NCBI RefSeq assembly: GCF_018350175.1 | Contig: NC_058368.1 | Coordinates: 233,804,001 to 233,868,000, forward strand | Source: Felis catus | Lineage: Eukaryota | Reading direction: 5' to 3' | Length of the DNA stretch: 64,000 bases | In this document: one piece after another, positions 24,425 to 35,640 of the stretch | Layout: every line of letters starts with the position of its first letter | Numbering within the stretch: the first letter of the stretch is position 1 | The notes under the pieces: generated by a model | What the model saw: the letters and a program-made list of their open reading frames with translations, nothing else | The model's database searches: none | Told to the model about the DNA's origin: nothing | Translations under genes and position numbers: made by a program

Positions 24425-25955
24425 TCCACCTCTGTTTTTCATTGATTTCCTTGAGATGTGCCATTTTGGTTCGCCTTCCCACTAAAGTAGAAAAAAAAGG
24501 GTTGCCCTTGTTCAACGCTGGCCCTAAATCTTTGGTCAGTTGTACATGGGCTGTGGGTCACACATGAACTGTAACTGACCAATTTAACAAAGCCCAGCCT
24601 TCACGACATCATCTTCTCAAAGCTAACCCACCGTGTCAAGTGAATAGATGGGTTTACAGCTCTTCTAGATTCTTAAAATAGATGCCATGAAGGACCTCTT
24701 CTCTCTCACCTGAGGCCGTGTGCAAAGCTCTGAACGTCTCACCAGCCGGCGGTTTCTGTTGGAATGTCTGGTGGTGCCTTCTCGGTGTTAACACCAAGTT
24801 TCTTGAAAGGAGTATATGAGAGTTTGAATGTGTTTTCAAGGGCCCACAATGAGTGCCCAGACCCATTAACGTCACCCAGAATGAGTGTACTTTAGTACTT
24901 TTGTAACCACGATAAGTTCAAGGGTATTCTCGACACTTTTATGATAATGATAACAATAATCCTCGTCTCTGATCCCACACATCGAGGCTCAAAACATACA
25001 GGAAAGAATTTCATTCAATAATAAATACAACTGCAGAGTAAACCCGCCCCAAATAACACATTATTTAGTTACACGTAGTTCTTCCATTCCAAAACCCCCA
25101 AAACTCCCCTTTTCTCTTAACTCATAAACAAGAGAGAAGCAAAAAAAGTATTTCCCTGAGTAATTTTCTATTCTTCCCATTTAGAAGCAGCCACACGGTC
25201 GCCCACGGTGGTTCCTGCGGGGCTTTAAGGGTATCAATTAACTGAGCAACCAGGCAGAGTTTTCCTTGAGAATCGTTACATAACAATGAATGAACTGTCC
25301 TCACTAAGCAGCCTGAGGTTCGGTTAAAGGAGATGCCAACAGCTCCTAACTGATCACAGCCTCCAGTGCAATCAAAATTCAGAAAATCAGAATTAAGACA
25401 ACCCCGCAATTCACTGCTCAGCCCTTCCTTTGCTCTGATGATCATCTGGAATCTTCCGTTCCCCCTCAGCTTGGCCCTACCCCAGCCCTTCTTTTCCTGA
25501 AATGCAGATGCCTCAGCTTTGATCCTAAAACTTGGAGGTGGGGCAAGGTGGGGGGGTGGGGGTGGGGGAGAAATTGTAAATATCTTTAGTGCCTTGCAAT
25601 TACTTTGTGGAGTTCGCTCAGGCCTTCGGTTTCTCCGATGAACCTCCCAGCTGCATTCGCTGGGGCTGGTCCCCCGCAAGTGGCCGGCGTGAGCCCTCAA
25701 CGACATTGTCATTCTAACATCACCAGAGCGCAACCGGACTAGAACAAAACTGCTTCCTAACTGCTGCCTCCTGACCCTGCTGGCCCTGAAATCTTATCTC
25801 TACAATCTCTGTGACGATGGCGGTGGACTTGGGTGCCCTCTGCTTCATTAAACAGAACGTGTGTACAGGAGGTTTGCAGGAAGATATTTAATAAATGAAT
25901 GTCTATTTCCTCCTCCAACATAATTAGATATTCGGTTTCAATCTTAGGCCTTCTT

Positions 25956-26290
25956 TTTTTTTTAATATGAAGTTTGTTGTCAAATTGGTTTCCATACAAC
26001 CCCCACTCCTCATCCCAACAAGTGCCCTCCTCAGTGCCCATCACCCACCCCGCCTCCCCATCAACCCTCAGTTTATTCTCAGTTTTTAAGAGTCTCTTAT
26101 GGTTTGGCTCCCTCCCTCTCTAACTTTTTCCCCCCTTCCCTTCCCCCATGGCCTTCTGGTAAGTTTCTCAGGATCCACATAAGACTGAAAACATATGGTA
26201 CCTGTCTTTCTCTGTCTGACTTCTTTCACTTAGCCTAACACTCTCCTGTTCCATCCACGTTGCTACCAAAGGCCAGATTTCATTCTTTCC
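25956..26290 (-). mobile_element. Young felid L1 (L1_Fc-like), 5'-truncated, 3'UTR only
   Basis: T-tail, then aatatgaagtttgttgtcaaattggtttccatacaac. Perfect 13-bp TSD cttaggccttctt at 25943-25955 and 26291-26303. Confidence 0.95.
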
Positions 26291-27283
26291 CTTAGGCCTT
26301 CTTATGCCAGAAAGGAATAATGAAGCTTCCAACGTGATACAGCATCAGCCCAGAGAGCAAAGCGCCTGCCCACCCTCCAAGCTTCGGGAGGCAGCCCAGG
26401 GAGGGGTGAAATCTGACTCCCTGGTGGGGAAGGAGGTGGCTCTAAGGAACCCAGGTCCCCCCCCCCAAAAAAGAAAGCAGGTAGTGTTAGCTGCTTCTTG
26501 TCTAAAATTTTAAAAGGCAATGCAGGACTACAATTAAGGGTAAATCAGAATAGACGAGTCAATCACCGCACTGCTTCAGAAGAAAACCCAGCTAGACTCA
26601 CATTCCCTTTACTCACTCCTTTCCCAGCTCCACGGGCTTCAGTGAGAAGACTCAACAGGCTCATAAGATGTGCAGAGAATTCTGATCGCACAGTAGGAGA
26701 AAGACGTTGAAACTTGGCTCCAGGGATGCAGGAGCTGCCCCAAACACGGCGGGGCTGCTGGAGGAAAGGTCTGTTTGGAATTCCAGAGGTCCTGGAGAGA
26801 CTCAAAGGCTGTTAATGTGATGCAATTTAAAGAGAGGTAAGGTAAATGACACGCAAGAGGATTATGCAAAAGACCTGCTGCCGGAGGACGGGGCTCCAGC
26901 TGTGCAGGGAGGAGCCCTGTGGGACAGGGCTTCCTGGAGACCACAGGTCCCGGAGGCACACTCAGGACAGCAGGACAGCAACCCGGCATTTCTGCTTTGC
27001 TGTGGGGTAGGGGCCAAAGTTATCCGACTGCTCTGATCATCCCTGCCCTGCCCTGCCCTGCAAATGGGTAAGAAACCTACCACAGTAGGTTGACGGAGTA
27101 TGCAAGTAAGAGTAACTGCATGAAACGCCCCGCATTGGTAGTGATCAATAAAGATTGACCCCCTTCCTTAGACATGTTTCCTTAGCATGTGCCTCCGTCG
27201 CCTAAACGAATGCTTCATTAACTCCTGCATCAAAGGCACTGGGAACACTTTGTATTTGAGGAAGAACTTTTAGTGTACGTTTT

Positions 27284-27502
27284 TTTTTAATTTTTTTTAA
27301 TGTTTATTCATTTTTGAGAGACAGAGAGAGACAGAGCATGAGCGGGGGAGGGGGAGAGAGAGAGAGGGAGACACGGAACCTGAAACAGGATCCAGGCTCT
27401 CGGCCAGCACAGAGACTAACATGCGGCTTGAGCTCACGAACTGCGAGATCATGACCTGAGCCAGAGTCAGACGCTCAACCGACTGAGCCACCCAGCCGCC
27501 CC
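27284..27502 (-). mobile_element. CAN-SINE
   Basis: TSD tagtgtacgtttt. Confidence 0.96.
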
Positions 27503-27622
27503 TAGTGTACGTTTTATATTCTTTTTTGGTAAATGGAAAAAGCACTCCTTAAGGATACCTAAGGATAGGTTTCCCTAAAGACTCTGCATTATGTAGTTAA
27601 TTGAAGGGATGCACCAGCTAAT

Positions 27623-27753
27623 CCTCCTCCCCCTCCTCCTCCCCCTCATTCTTCTTTTTCTTCTTCTTCTTCTCCTTCTCTTCCTCCTCCTCCTCCCCCT
27701 CCCCCTCCCCCTCCCCCTCCCCCTCATCCTTCTTCTTCTTCTTCTTCTTCTTT
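27623..27753. repeat. Compound (CCT)n/(CTT)n/(CCCCCT)n polypyrimidine tract
   Basis: Read directly from the sequence. Confidence 0.95.
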
Positions 27754-28077
27754 GTCTTTGGCTGCCCAGTTCTGGACTTTTGTGCTAAGAGCCCTCAATT
27801 TAATTACTCAGCACAGAGCTCAGAGAAGCTCTGTGGCCCCAGCCCTGGACAAGGTGCACTTTCCTGAGAAAGTAGGAATGGAGAAGTCTACGCCTCTCCT
27901 GTTCTCTTCTTTGGTCCATGCGGGCACAAGGGCTGGAGGCTTGAGCAGGTGGGTACGGATGAGCTGAAGAGACAACTTGGCTCTCCGTAGAGATTGACCC
28001 CGTTCATACCTCAATCCTCTCTCTTATGGAGAACACAGGGAAGAATGGGTGTATAAGAATAGGCATTTGGAAAAAAA

Positions 28078-28325
28078 TTAATAATCTGAATAATAACAGT
28101 AGTTTCAACGCTTATTGACTCCTGAGTACCTGCCAGGCCCTGTTCTAACCACTTTAAATGTATTAACTCACCCCATCTGCCCAAGAACCCAATGGAGGTG
28201 CTGTTATCATCCTCGTTTTAGAGAGTAGGAAACATGCCCGGGGAGGGTCAGTGAATTGTCCAAGATCCCAGACCCAATGGTAAACATTTGGATCTGAGAC
28301 AGACCAGCTCCTGAGTCTGGGACCC
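28078..28325 (-). mobile_element. MIR SINE remnant
   Basis: tgccaggccctgttctaa.cacttta...tgttatcatcctcgttttagag...ggaaac, the MIR core. Confidence 0.75.
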
Positions 28326-29306
28326 TGTCTGTTTGGTTTCATTGGTTGCCACCATATGGATCGTTTGTACGATTGTCTAGCTCAGAGGAAAGCCCTTTCT
28401 TAATCCCAAAGCTTACAATCTTTAAGCTTTATTTGCTCAGTGCTGGTGCAGGGCATGAAGTGACTACAGCAATCTCAGCAAAAAGCAATTATGACTTCAT
28501 TTGAAATTCAAGTCACATTAAACGTCGTTTATTTTATCTTCAAGTGAAATAAACTTTCAGTTAGGTTTATGAGTCCTTATTTTTCGGCAGTGTATTCAGT
28601 GGCAAAGAAATCCCACTGAAGTTAGTCATGTTGTGCTACAAAGGAAAATCTATTATTTTCATTAATTGTCTCTTAGGCTGTAAAGCTTAACCACAGAGCA
28701 TCCCACTGCCGCCTCCAGAGGGGCAGAAACAGAGGGGTGGGCTTCGGGTTAAAGCAGAGCTTTGGGCGCCCACTTAACTGTGACTTCAGGAGCACAGAGA
28801 AGCAGTAGGAAGGGTAATGAGGACGAAAATGAGATAGCACAGGTCATATCAGTAGCCGGTCATTACACGGCGCTCACTTCGTCCAAGCCCACTCTTTGGG
28901 CTAACATGTGATACCTCAACCAAACTGGCTTGCGGAAGAAGGTCTGACTCATACCCCCATCTTACCTTATCACCCTACAAAATTCTAAGAGTTACCCCCA
29001 TTTTACTCAAGGGGAAACACTTACACAGATGGTCCCCAAACGTCAGACAGCTCGACGTAAGATTTTTCGACTTTACAATGGTGCGGAAGCAATAGCATCC
29101 AGTAGAAACCACTCCTCAAATTTGGGAATTTGGATTTTTTCCCCCCGGCCAGCGATACGCGGTCTGATCCTCTCTAGTGTGGCTGGGCAGCGGCCGTAGC
29201 TCCCGGTCGGCCACACAATTTTTGAGGGTCAACAACCATTCTGTCTGTCACTTTCGATAGATGACATGAGATCGTCAACACTCGGCTGTAAAATAGGCTT
29301 TGTGAC

Positions 29307-29515
29307 GGGGCGCCTGGGTGGCGCAGTCGGTTAAACGTCCGACTTCAGCCAGGTCACCATCTCGCGGTCCGTGAGTTCAAGCCCCGCGTCGGGCTCTGGG
29401 CTGATGGCTCAGAGCCTGGAGCCTGTTTCCGATTCTGTGTCTCCTTCTCTCTCTGCCCCTCCCCCGTTCATGCTCTGTCTCTCTCTGTCCCAAAAAAAAA
29501 TAAACGTTGAAAAAA
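29307..29515 (+). mobile_element. Young felid CAN-SINE
   Basis: Perfect 15-bp TSD aaaataggctttgtg. CpG-intact head. Confidence 0.97.
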
Positions 29516-29554
29516 AAAATAGGCTTTGTGTTAGAGGATGTCTGCGCCCAGCCT

Positions 29555-30418
29555 GCGGAGCCACAGTCAGACTGGTGCGTGTGGGTTTCTTTCCCTGTCC
29601 TCGGGGCAGGGGTCACTTTGGAGATCACTGCCAGGCTCGTGGCCTTGTTCTGGATGGGCTCCGGCCCACTGGAGAGGGCAGGTCTGCAGGAGAACACAGG
29701 GCAGGGTGTGCTGTTAGGGCGCTAGGGGGAGAGCGCTGGCCCTCTGCTGGCTCCTGCACGTGTCTGTGTTTCTCTGGGGGTGGCGGGAGGGAAGCGGCAC
29801 CCTGCTCTTCTCTTCTTGGAGAAGTCTCCTGAAGATCCCTGTATCTCCAGCACTTGCTGTGAGATTAGTAAATAAATCTCCTTCCTGTACACCGCAGGCA
29901 TTGTTCAAACCGCTTCGTCTATGTTGTATCTCAGATCAGCAGGCTGTTTGCTGTGCGTCTCTTTAAAGACGGGGACTCCGTTTCCTGTCGCCTTCCTGGG
30001 TCTCCCAGAGCTGAGCCTGTTGATTTTTGAAGCTCCAGGAGCTAAGCCCCACTAGAACTCACGAAGGTACGCCCTTCTTGTTTTCAAAGCCAAGTGTTAT
30101 GGAGATTCGTCTTTCCTGTCCGGGTCCCCTGTGCCTGTGGTGCCTGGTGTGGGGGTCTGTTCCTCCCCCTTCCCATGCCAGCCACATCCCTCCCTCCTGA
30201 GGAATGTCCCCAGGGTCTCTTTAGCTCCTGATGGCGTCTCCACCCTTCCTACCTTCTTCGATGTGGCCTCTTCTCTACATTGAGCTGGGAGAGTCTGTTC
30301 TGCCAGGCTTTGGATCACGTTCTGGGTTACTTACACTGAGGTGGGTGTTAATCCAGTTGTAACCGTGGGACGAGGTGAGCCGAGGGTCCTCCTACTCTGC
30401 CATCGTCCCTGGAAGTCC
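29555..30418 (-). mobile_element. Carnivore L1 5'UTR including the extreme 5' end
   Basis: The minus strand begins GGACTTCCAGGGACGATGGCAGAGTAGGAGGACCCTCGGCTCACCTCGTCCCACGG, an L1 start with a YY1-like GATGGC. GC-rich body. No ORF1/ORF2 follows. Confidence 0.75.
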
Positions 30419-30578
30419 ATATTGAATGCATTTTGATTCATCAGAACATAACCCATCATAAGTCGAAGATCTGTATGGTCATATAGTTTTGGTCTGGGAC
30501 TGGATGTCACCATTTACAAGGAGCATTACCACGGGCAAGCCAGGTCACGTCTCAGCCTCTACCTACGCCCTCCACACA

Positions 30579-31083
30579 TGATAACACGGAAAGCCCCTGG
30601 GGTTGCACACGCACTGACAGATTTCAAAATAAAGCAAGCATTGCTGAGAGCCCTTCAAAATCTGGAGGATATTGAGGTCGCAGGGCCTCGGCACTTCTGT
30701 TTCAATTCTCAGAACACCAGGAACTTTTGACTATGGTCAGTTGCAACTTGTCTGTTGCAACTCTATCACCTCCTGGAACAAATCCTTCTACTTAGGACTG
30801 AAACAGAGATAATGTAACACCTGGTAGCTAAATAGCCCGTGGTGTGTTAGTGAGTTTAGCTGCGTTAGCACCCATTACAATTCTTCCAAAAGAACTTCTG
30901 CGACCTTGTGGTTTTCGCCTTTATAAGCCTGCCCCCCGCCCCCCACCACTAGGATCCCGATTCACAATTCAGCGCATACTTTAGATTTTGGTAGATTCTG
31001 TGTCTCCCAATTGCAATCCCTAGGGCCCCAGACAAGCACTTTTGGTTACTTTACAACCTAGTTGTCTTCTTGACGGTTGCACG
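30579..31083 (+). mobile_element. Probable ERV1-type solo LTR (MER34/carnivore LTR-like)
   Basis: Starts with TG. TATA-like tttataag at about 30920, then tgtgtctcccaattgcaatcc and a T-rich U5-like end. Confidence 0.5.
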
Positions 31084-31224
31084 AAACAATGCAGTTCTGG
31101 GCAGAAGGTGGTCAATAAATGGGAGGCGCTGTTGTCATCTGAAATCCCCCCAAAATGATTCGGCTAAATGTTATTTAGACTTTACCCCACACTTGCTTTT
31201 TCCTCTGAACGGAAGCCAGAAATG

Positions 31225-31650
31225 ATCCTAGTTTCCTAGGGCTGTTCTACCAAAGGATCACCAAGTGGGTGGCTTATAGTAAAAATGTATTCGCTTCTAG
31301 TTCTGGGAGCAGGAAGTCCAAAGTCTGGGTGTTAACAGAGTCATGCTGTCTCTGAAGGCTCTAGGGACATTCCATTCCACACCTCTCTCCAGGCTCTGCT
31401 CTGCCAACAAACCCTGGATTCCTTGGCTTGTAGCCACATGCTCCAGTCTCTGCCCCCACTTCTCCCCTGTGCGACTGTCTCTCCAATACCTCTTCTAAGG
31501 ACCCCAGTCATATTGGGTTCGAGCCACTCTAATGGCCTCATCTGGATTTGATTACATCCGCAAAGACCCTATTCCCCCAAACGGTCACATTCGCAGGTAC
31601 TGGCACTGAGTCTTGAGCGTATCCTTTTGAGGGACACGATTCAACCACTA
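31225..31650 (-). mobile_element. MaLR solo LTR (MLT1B/C-like)
   Basis: tagtttcctagggctg...gggtggctta...ctctgaaggctctaggg...aaggaccccagtcatattgg...gggacacgattcaacc. Confidence 0.85.
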
Positions 31651-33104
31651 ATAGGTACCCCGAATGTTTGGCTTACAGACCTGTCACCGCTGAGGTAGGG
31701 GATATAAATCTACAAACAAAATAAACTATTTCCTATTAGCTCTGTGAAATGAAAATACTATTTTCTCGTGACTCTTTCTCCCAGTTCTGGCTGAGTTTAT
31801 TTTTTTCTAATTCCAATGCATTCTTATCAAGAGCTGCAAAATTATAACCTAATTTTTTTTGAAACCTCAACACCACCTTGAGAAAAGAAAACAGTATTTA
31901 GTTATTAACACTAAAGAGCCCTCCAGACTGAAGGAAGCATCGTGTAACACGGTAACTACAGAAGATGATCAATTGATTCTATCCCGACCAACTTCATATT
32001 TTGACGTGTTCCTATCTGTTTTTGGCCTGCCTTCTAGGGCAGCACTTGACTGTGGCATTCAGAACACCTGGATGCAATTATCACTGGTACCAATCGACAC
32101 ACACAGAGAAGAGAATTAAGGCATTGAACACTTTTGATCCTTACTGGAATTTGTATAATTAGTCCACTGTAATTACTTTTTAAAAAATTCAATGCTAGAA
32201 GTCTTTCCTCCCCTGCATTTGTATGTCGACACTATTGTACAACATCATTATTGGTATTGAGGAGGCAAAGAATGGAACAAAGTCCTGTCTACGTGAGAGA
32301 TAGTGCGCTTGACCTCTTGGCAAAGCTGCATCTTCTAGGCCATTCTGTTTTGAGTGGGCATGTATCTACTCTAGCTCTTTGCCGCAAAACCACGGGAAGG
32401 AGTGAGCGAGGGGATTCTGGGCCCTGGAAGCATCGGTGGGTCAGCGATGACCCTAGACATTGGGTTTACTGGCAGGAAAACCGAAGCCCGAGCAGACAGC
32501 TGGGGTGAAGTCAGGTCTGAAACCTGGGTTTCCCCCATTCCCCTTCCCTCCCCTCTCTCCCTTCCCCAGGCAACCAGTTATTTGTTTTCTGTCTCTATAG
32601 ACTCGACAGTTACGAACATTTCATACTGTGGAATAGATGATAAGTGGTTGATCACGTGAGGCTCCCTGTGCACCAGGGCTCTTCCCACATTTCACGCCGT
32701 AATCTGACCTCACGTCGTAAACTAGGGTTTTCCGCGTGGCAGCTGGTAACATCAAACGTTTTGGTTTATCTGTTTGCTCTTTTCATGATCCAACTGATGA
32801 ATCGTGTTTCATCTGGTAAGTATTACATGAGCTTCTCTGTGAGTCAGGCGGGCCACTGGTCCCAGAGACACCTCGAGGTAGGAGAAGGGGTTGGGTGCCC
32901 CTGCAAGAAGCTTACGCTCTAGGAAGGATGCCAGGCACCCTATCTAGTGCTCACCATTGCAGATGGCACAGCGCTTCACACGCCTTCTGTCGGTTAGGTC
33001 ATCCCGCATATCAGAATCCTAATAAACGGTAATTCAGGAAAAACATCTGCGTGAAGATAAATTGGGGCCATCATTCATTCTAATTACCTTGGGCTTTCTA
33101 AATT

Positions 33105-33305
33105 TAGTTTTTAAGTTTATTTATTTTGATGGGGAGGGGGGAGAGAACAAGTGGGGAAGGGGCAGAGAGGAGAGACAGAATCCCAAGCAGGTTCATGCCA
33201 TCAGCACAAAGCTCCATGTAAGGCTCAAACCCACGAACTGTGAGATCACGACCTGAGCCGAGATCAAGGGCTGGACGCTTAACCGACTGTGCCACCCAGG
33301 CTCCC
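33105..33305 (-). mobile_element. CAN-SINE (older)
   Basis: SINE body and head, with a degenerate TSD ttgg(g/a)cttt(c/t)taa. Confidence 0.93.
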
Positions 33306-33316
33306 TTGGACTTTTT

Positions 33317-33545
33317 TTTTTTTTTTTTAATTTTTTTTTTTTTGACATTTATTTATTTTTGGGACAGAGAGAGACAGAGCATGAACGGGGGAGGGGCAGA
33401 GAGAGAGGGAGACACAGAATCGGAAGCAGGCTCCAGGCTCTGAGCCATCAGCCCAGAGCCCGACGCGGGGCTCGAGCTCACGGACCGCGAGATCGTGACC
33501 TGGCTGAAGTCGGACGCTTAACCGACTGCGCCACCCAGGCGCCCC
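33317..33545 (-). mobile_element. Young felid CAN-SINE
   Basis: TSD tggacttttt at 33307-33316 and 33546-33555. Confidence 0.97.
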
Positions 33546-33592
33546 TGGACTTTTTAATTAAATGAAAGTTTTACTTTAAAAGAGGGGACCCA

Positions 33593-33734
33593 GGGGAGTG
33601 CCTGGATGGCTCGGTCAGTTGAGCATCTGACTCTTGATCTCGGCTCAGGTCTTAATCTCAGGGTCATGAATTCAAGCTCCACCCTGGGCACCCCATTGAG
33701 TGTGAGTGAAGCCTACTTAAAAAAAAAAAAAAAA
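33593..33734 (+). mobile_element. Short CAN-SINE lacking the CT linker
   Basis: The head runs directly into agcctacttaaaaaaaa. Confidence 0.9.
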
Positions 33735-33904
33735 GAGAGAGAGAAGATACAGGAAGAAAATAGCTAAATGAACACACTTTTATTATAGTGACTGTTAATG
33801 TTGACAGTAGGAGTAAAGGATACGTGAATTAACTTTTTCTAGAAGTTATCTAGCACTGATTCAGCATGCCAGTATGTATTAAATGCTTACTAGGTGACGT
33901 CCGC

Positions 33905-34029
33905 AGGCCACAGGGCCCTCATGCTTGATTTAACACTCTGCAGTCACTGTCTTAAAACTCTTGAGTTTGAGCAAGGGTCCCTGCATTTTCATTTTGCTCT
34001 GGGCCTTGTGAATTATAAAGCAGGGTCTG
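33905..34029. mobile_element. MER91-like hAT-Tip100 MITE
   Basis: gcttgatttaacactctgc...agcaagggtccctgcattttcattttgc.ctgggcc...aattat..agcagggtctg. Confidence 0.75.
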
Positions 34030-34510
34030 GCAAGATATCAGGCACTCGGCTGGACTAGGGTGAGACACAGTTCCATGTTTGAGAGACAGGGTCTCTCCTG
34101 TTTGCTTATCTTCGCTTTCTGACCTCTGATAAACCCAAACTGCTTTCATGAAAACAGTAGTTTTTAACCTAAAATACTCATGTGTTGTAGATAAATACAT
34201 TTTGACTTGAAAGCAGTAAAATAAGAAGAAAGCAAAAGATATGCTAACAATCCCTTTTCTCTAGCTACATAAGGCATATAACACATTTATTATATATTGT
34301 AGTTTTTAGAGGCAGGACCTGAGGTCACTCTGGTGACACCCGCGCCCCCTCCCCCCCACCCCCGCCCTGGAAAATCCCTTGTAGGGTGTTTTCTTCATCT
34401 TTTATAATCCAAAGGAATAATGCAGAATCTGTCAAGACATGTATCTTTTCTTCATGTTTTTCTCTGGAATGCTGTGGTCCCCTTTATGCATACATAGACC
34501 TTTTCCAGTT

Positions 34511-34724
34511 AAAATTTTTTTTTCAACGTTTATTTATTTTTGGGACAGAGACAGAGCATGAACGGGGGAGGGGCAGAGAGAGAGGGAGACACAGAATTGG
34601 AAGCAGGCTCCAGGCTCTGAGCCATCAGCCCAGAGCCCGACGTGGGGCTCGAACTCACAGACCGTGAGGTCGTGACCTGAGCTGAAGTCAGACGCCCAAC
34701 CGACTGAGCCACCCAGGCGCCCCC
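34511..34724 (-). mobile_element. Felid CAN-SINE
   Basis: Perfect 14-bp TSD gaccttttccagtt. Confidence 0.97.
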
Positions 34725-34779
34725 GACCTTTTCCAGTTTAGAAATCTCTCTTACTGCCCCCACCCCCGCCACTCACAGT

Positions 34780-35640
34780 TAACTGAATGTTGAGATATAA
34801 TTCACATACCACACAATTCACCTGTTCATAATGTACAATTTGATGTTTTCCTTAGCGTATTCACTGAGTTGTGCAACCATGACCGTGATCTAATTTGAGC
34901 ATGTTTTTATCACTCCAAGGAAATCTTGTTCCCACCCCAATCATCCCCCGGCTCCTCAGCCCTAAGAAGCCACTAATGTACTTTCTGTCTCTACAGATTT
35001 GTCTGTTCTGGACATTCCCTATCAACAGACTCTTGTAATAGGTACAGTCTTTCCGACTTTTGTAACCGGTCCTTTGCTTACCATAGTGTTCCCAAGGTTC
35101 ATCCAAACTGTGGAGCATATCAGTACTTTGTTCCTTTGTGTCTCCAAATAAGATTTTGTTTTATGGATATTCCATATTTTGCTTATTCCTGTATCAGCTC
35201 AAGGACATTGGATGGTTTCTCCTTTTTAGCTCCTGTGAATAATATTGCTCTGAACATTCATGTACACGTTTTCATGCGGGCATCTGTTTTCATTTCTCTC
35301 GAACATCGAATTAGGAGTGAAATGCCGGCTCGTGTAGAGACTCCGTGTTTCACATTTTGAGGAGCTGCCAGACTGGTTTCCACAGTGGCTGCCCCTTTAT
35401 AGGTTCCTACAAGCAAAGCGTGAGGGTTTGCATTTCTCCACATCCTCGCCAACACTTGTCATTAGCTGCCTTTTGGAGCACAGCCATCCTGATGGGTGTA
35501 GTGGTATCTCCTTGTGGTTTTGACTTGTATTTCCCCCATGACTAATCGTGCTGAGACTCTTTTCATGTGCTTACAGGTCATTTGTATATGAAATGTCTAT
35601 TTAAGTTCATTGCCCCTTTAAAACTTTGGGTTATTTATCT
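34780..35640 (-). mobile_element. Old L1 (L1MB-like) 3' end
   Basis: ttgagatataattcacatacc...ttcactgagttgtgcaaccat...tttctccacatcctcgccaacacttg. Confidence 0.9.

Larger units (their letters stand above)
29026..30473. mobile_element. MER47/Tigger5-like TcMar DNA transposon, split by a SINE and an L1 5'UTR
   Basis: Left end cagatggtcccc...gatttttcgactttacaatggtgcg...cagtagaaacc. Right end ttgaatgcatttt...acccatcataagtcgaagatctg followed by TA. Confidence 0.8.

Noticed and set aside
25122..25733. Longest ORF (203 aa, minus strand)
   Set aside because: Non-ATG start, no recognisable domain, and the poly-Pro comes from a G-tract. No flanking exon structure is evident.
28709..28727. CTCF-like motif gcctccagaggggcag
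   Set aside because: An extra G breaks the core spacing, so it is not supportable without ChIP data.
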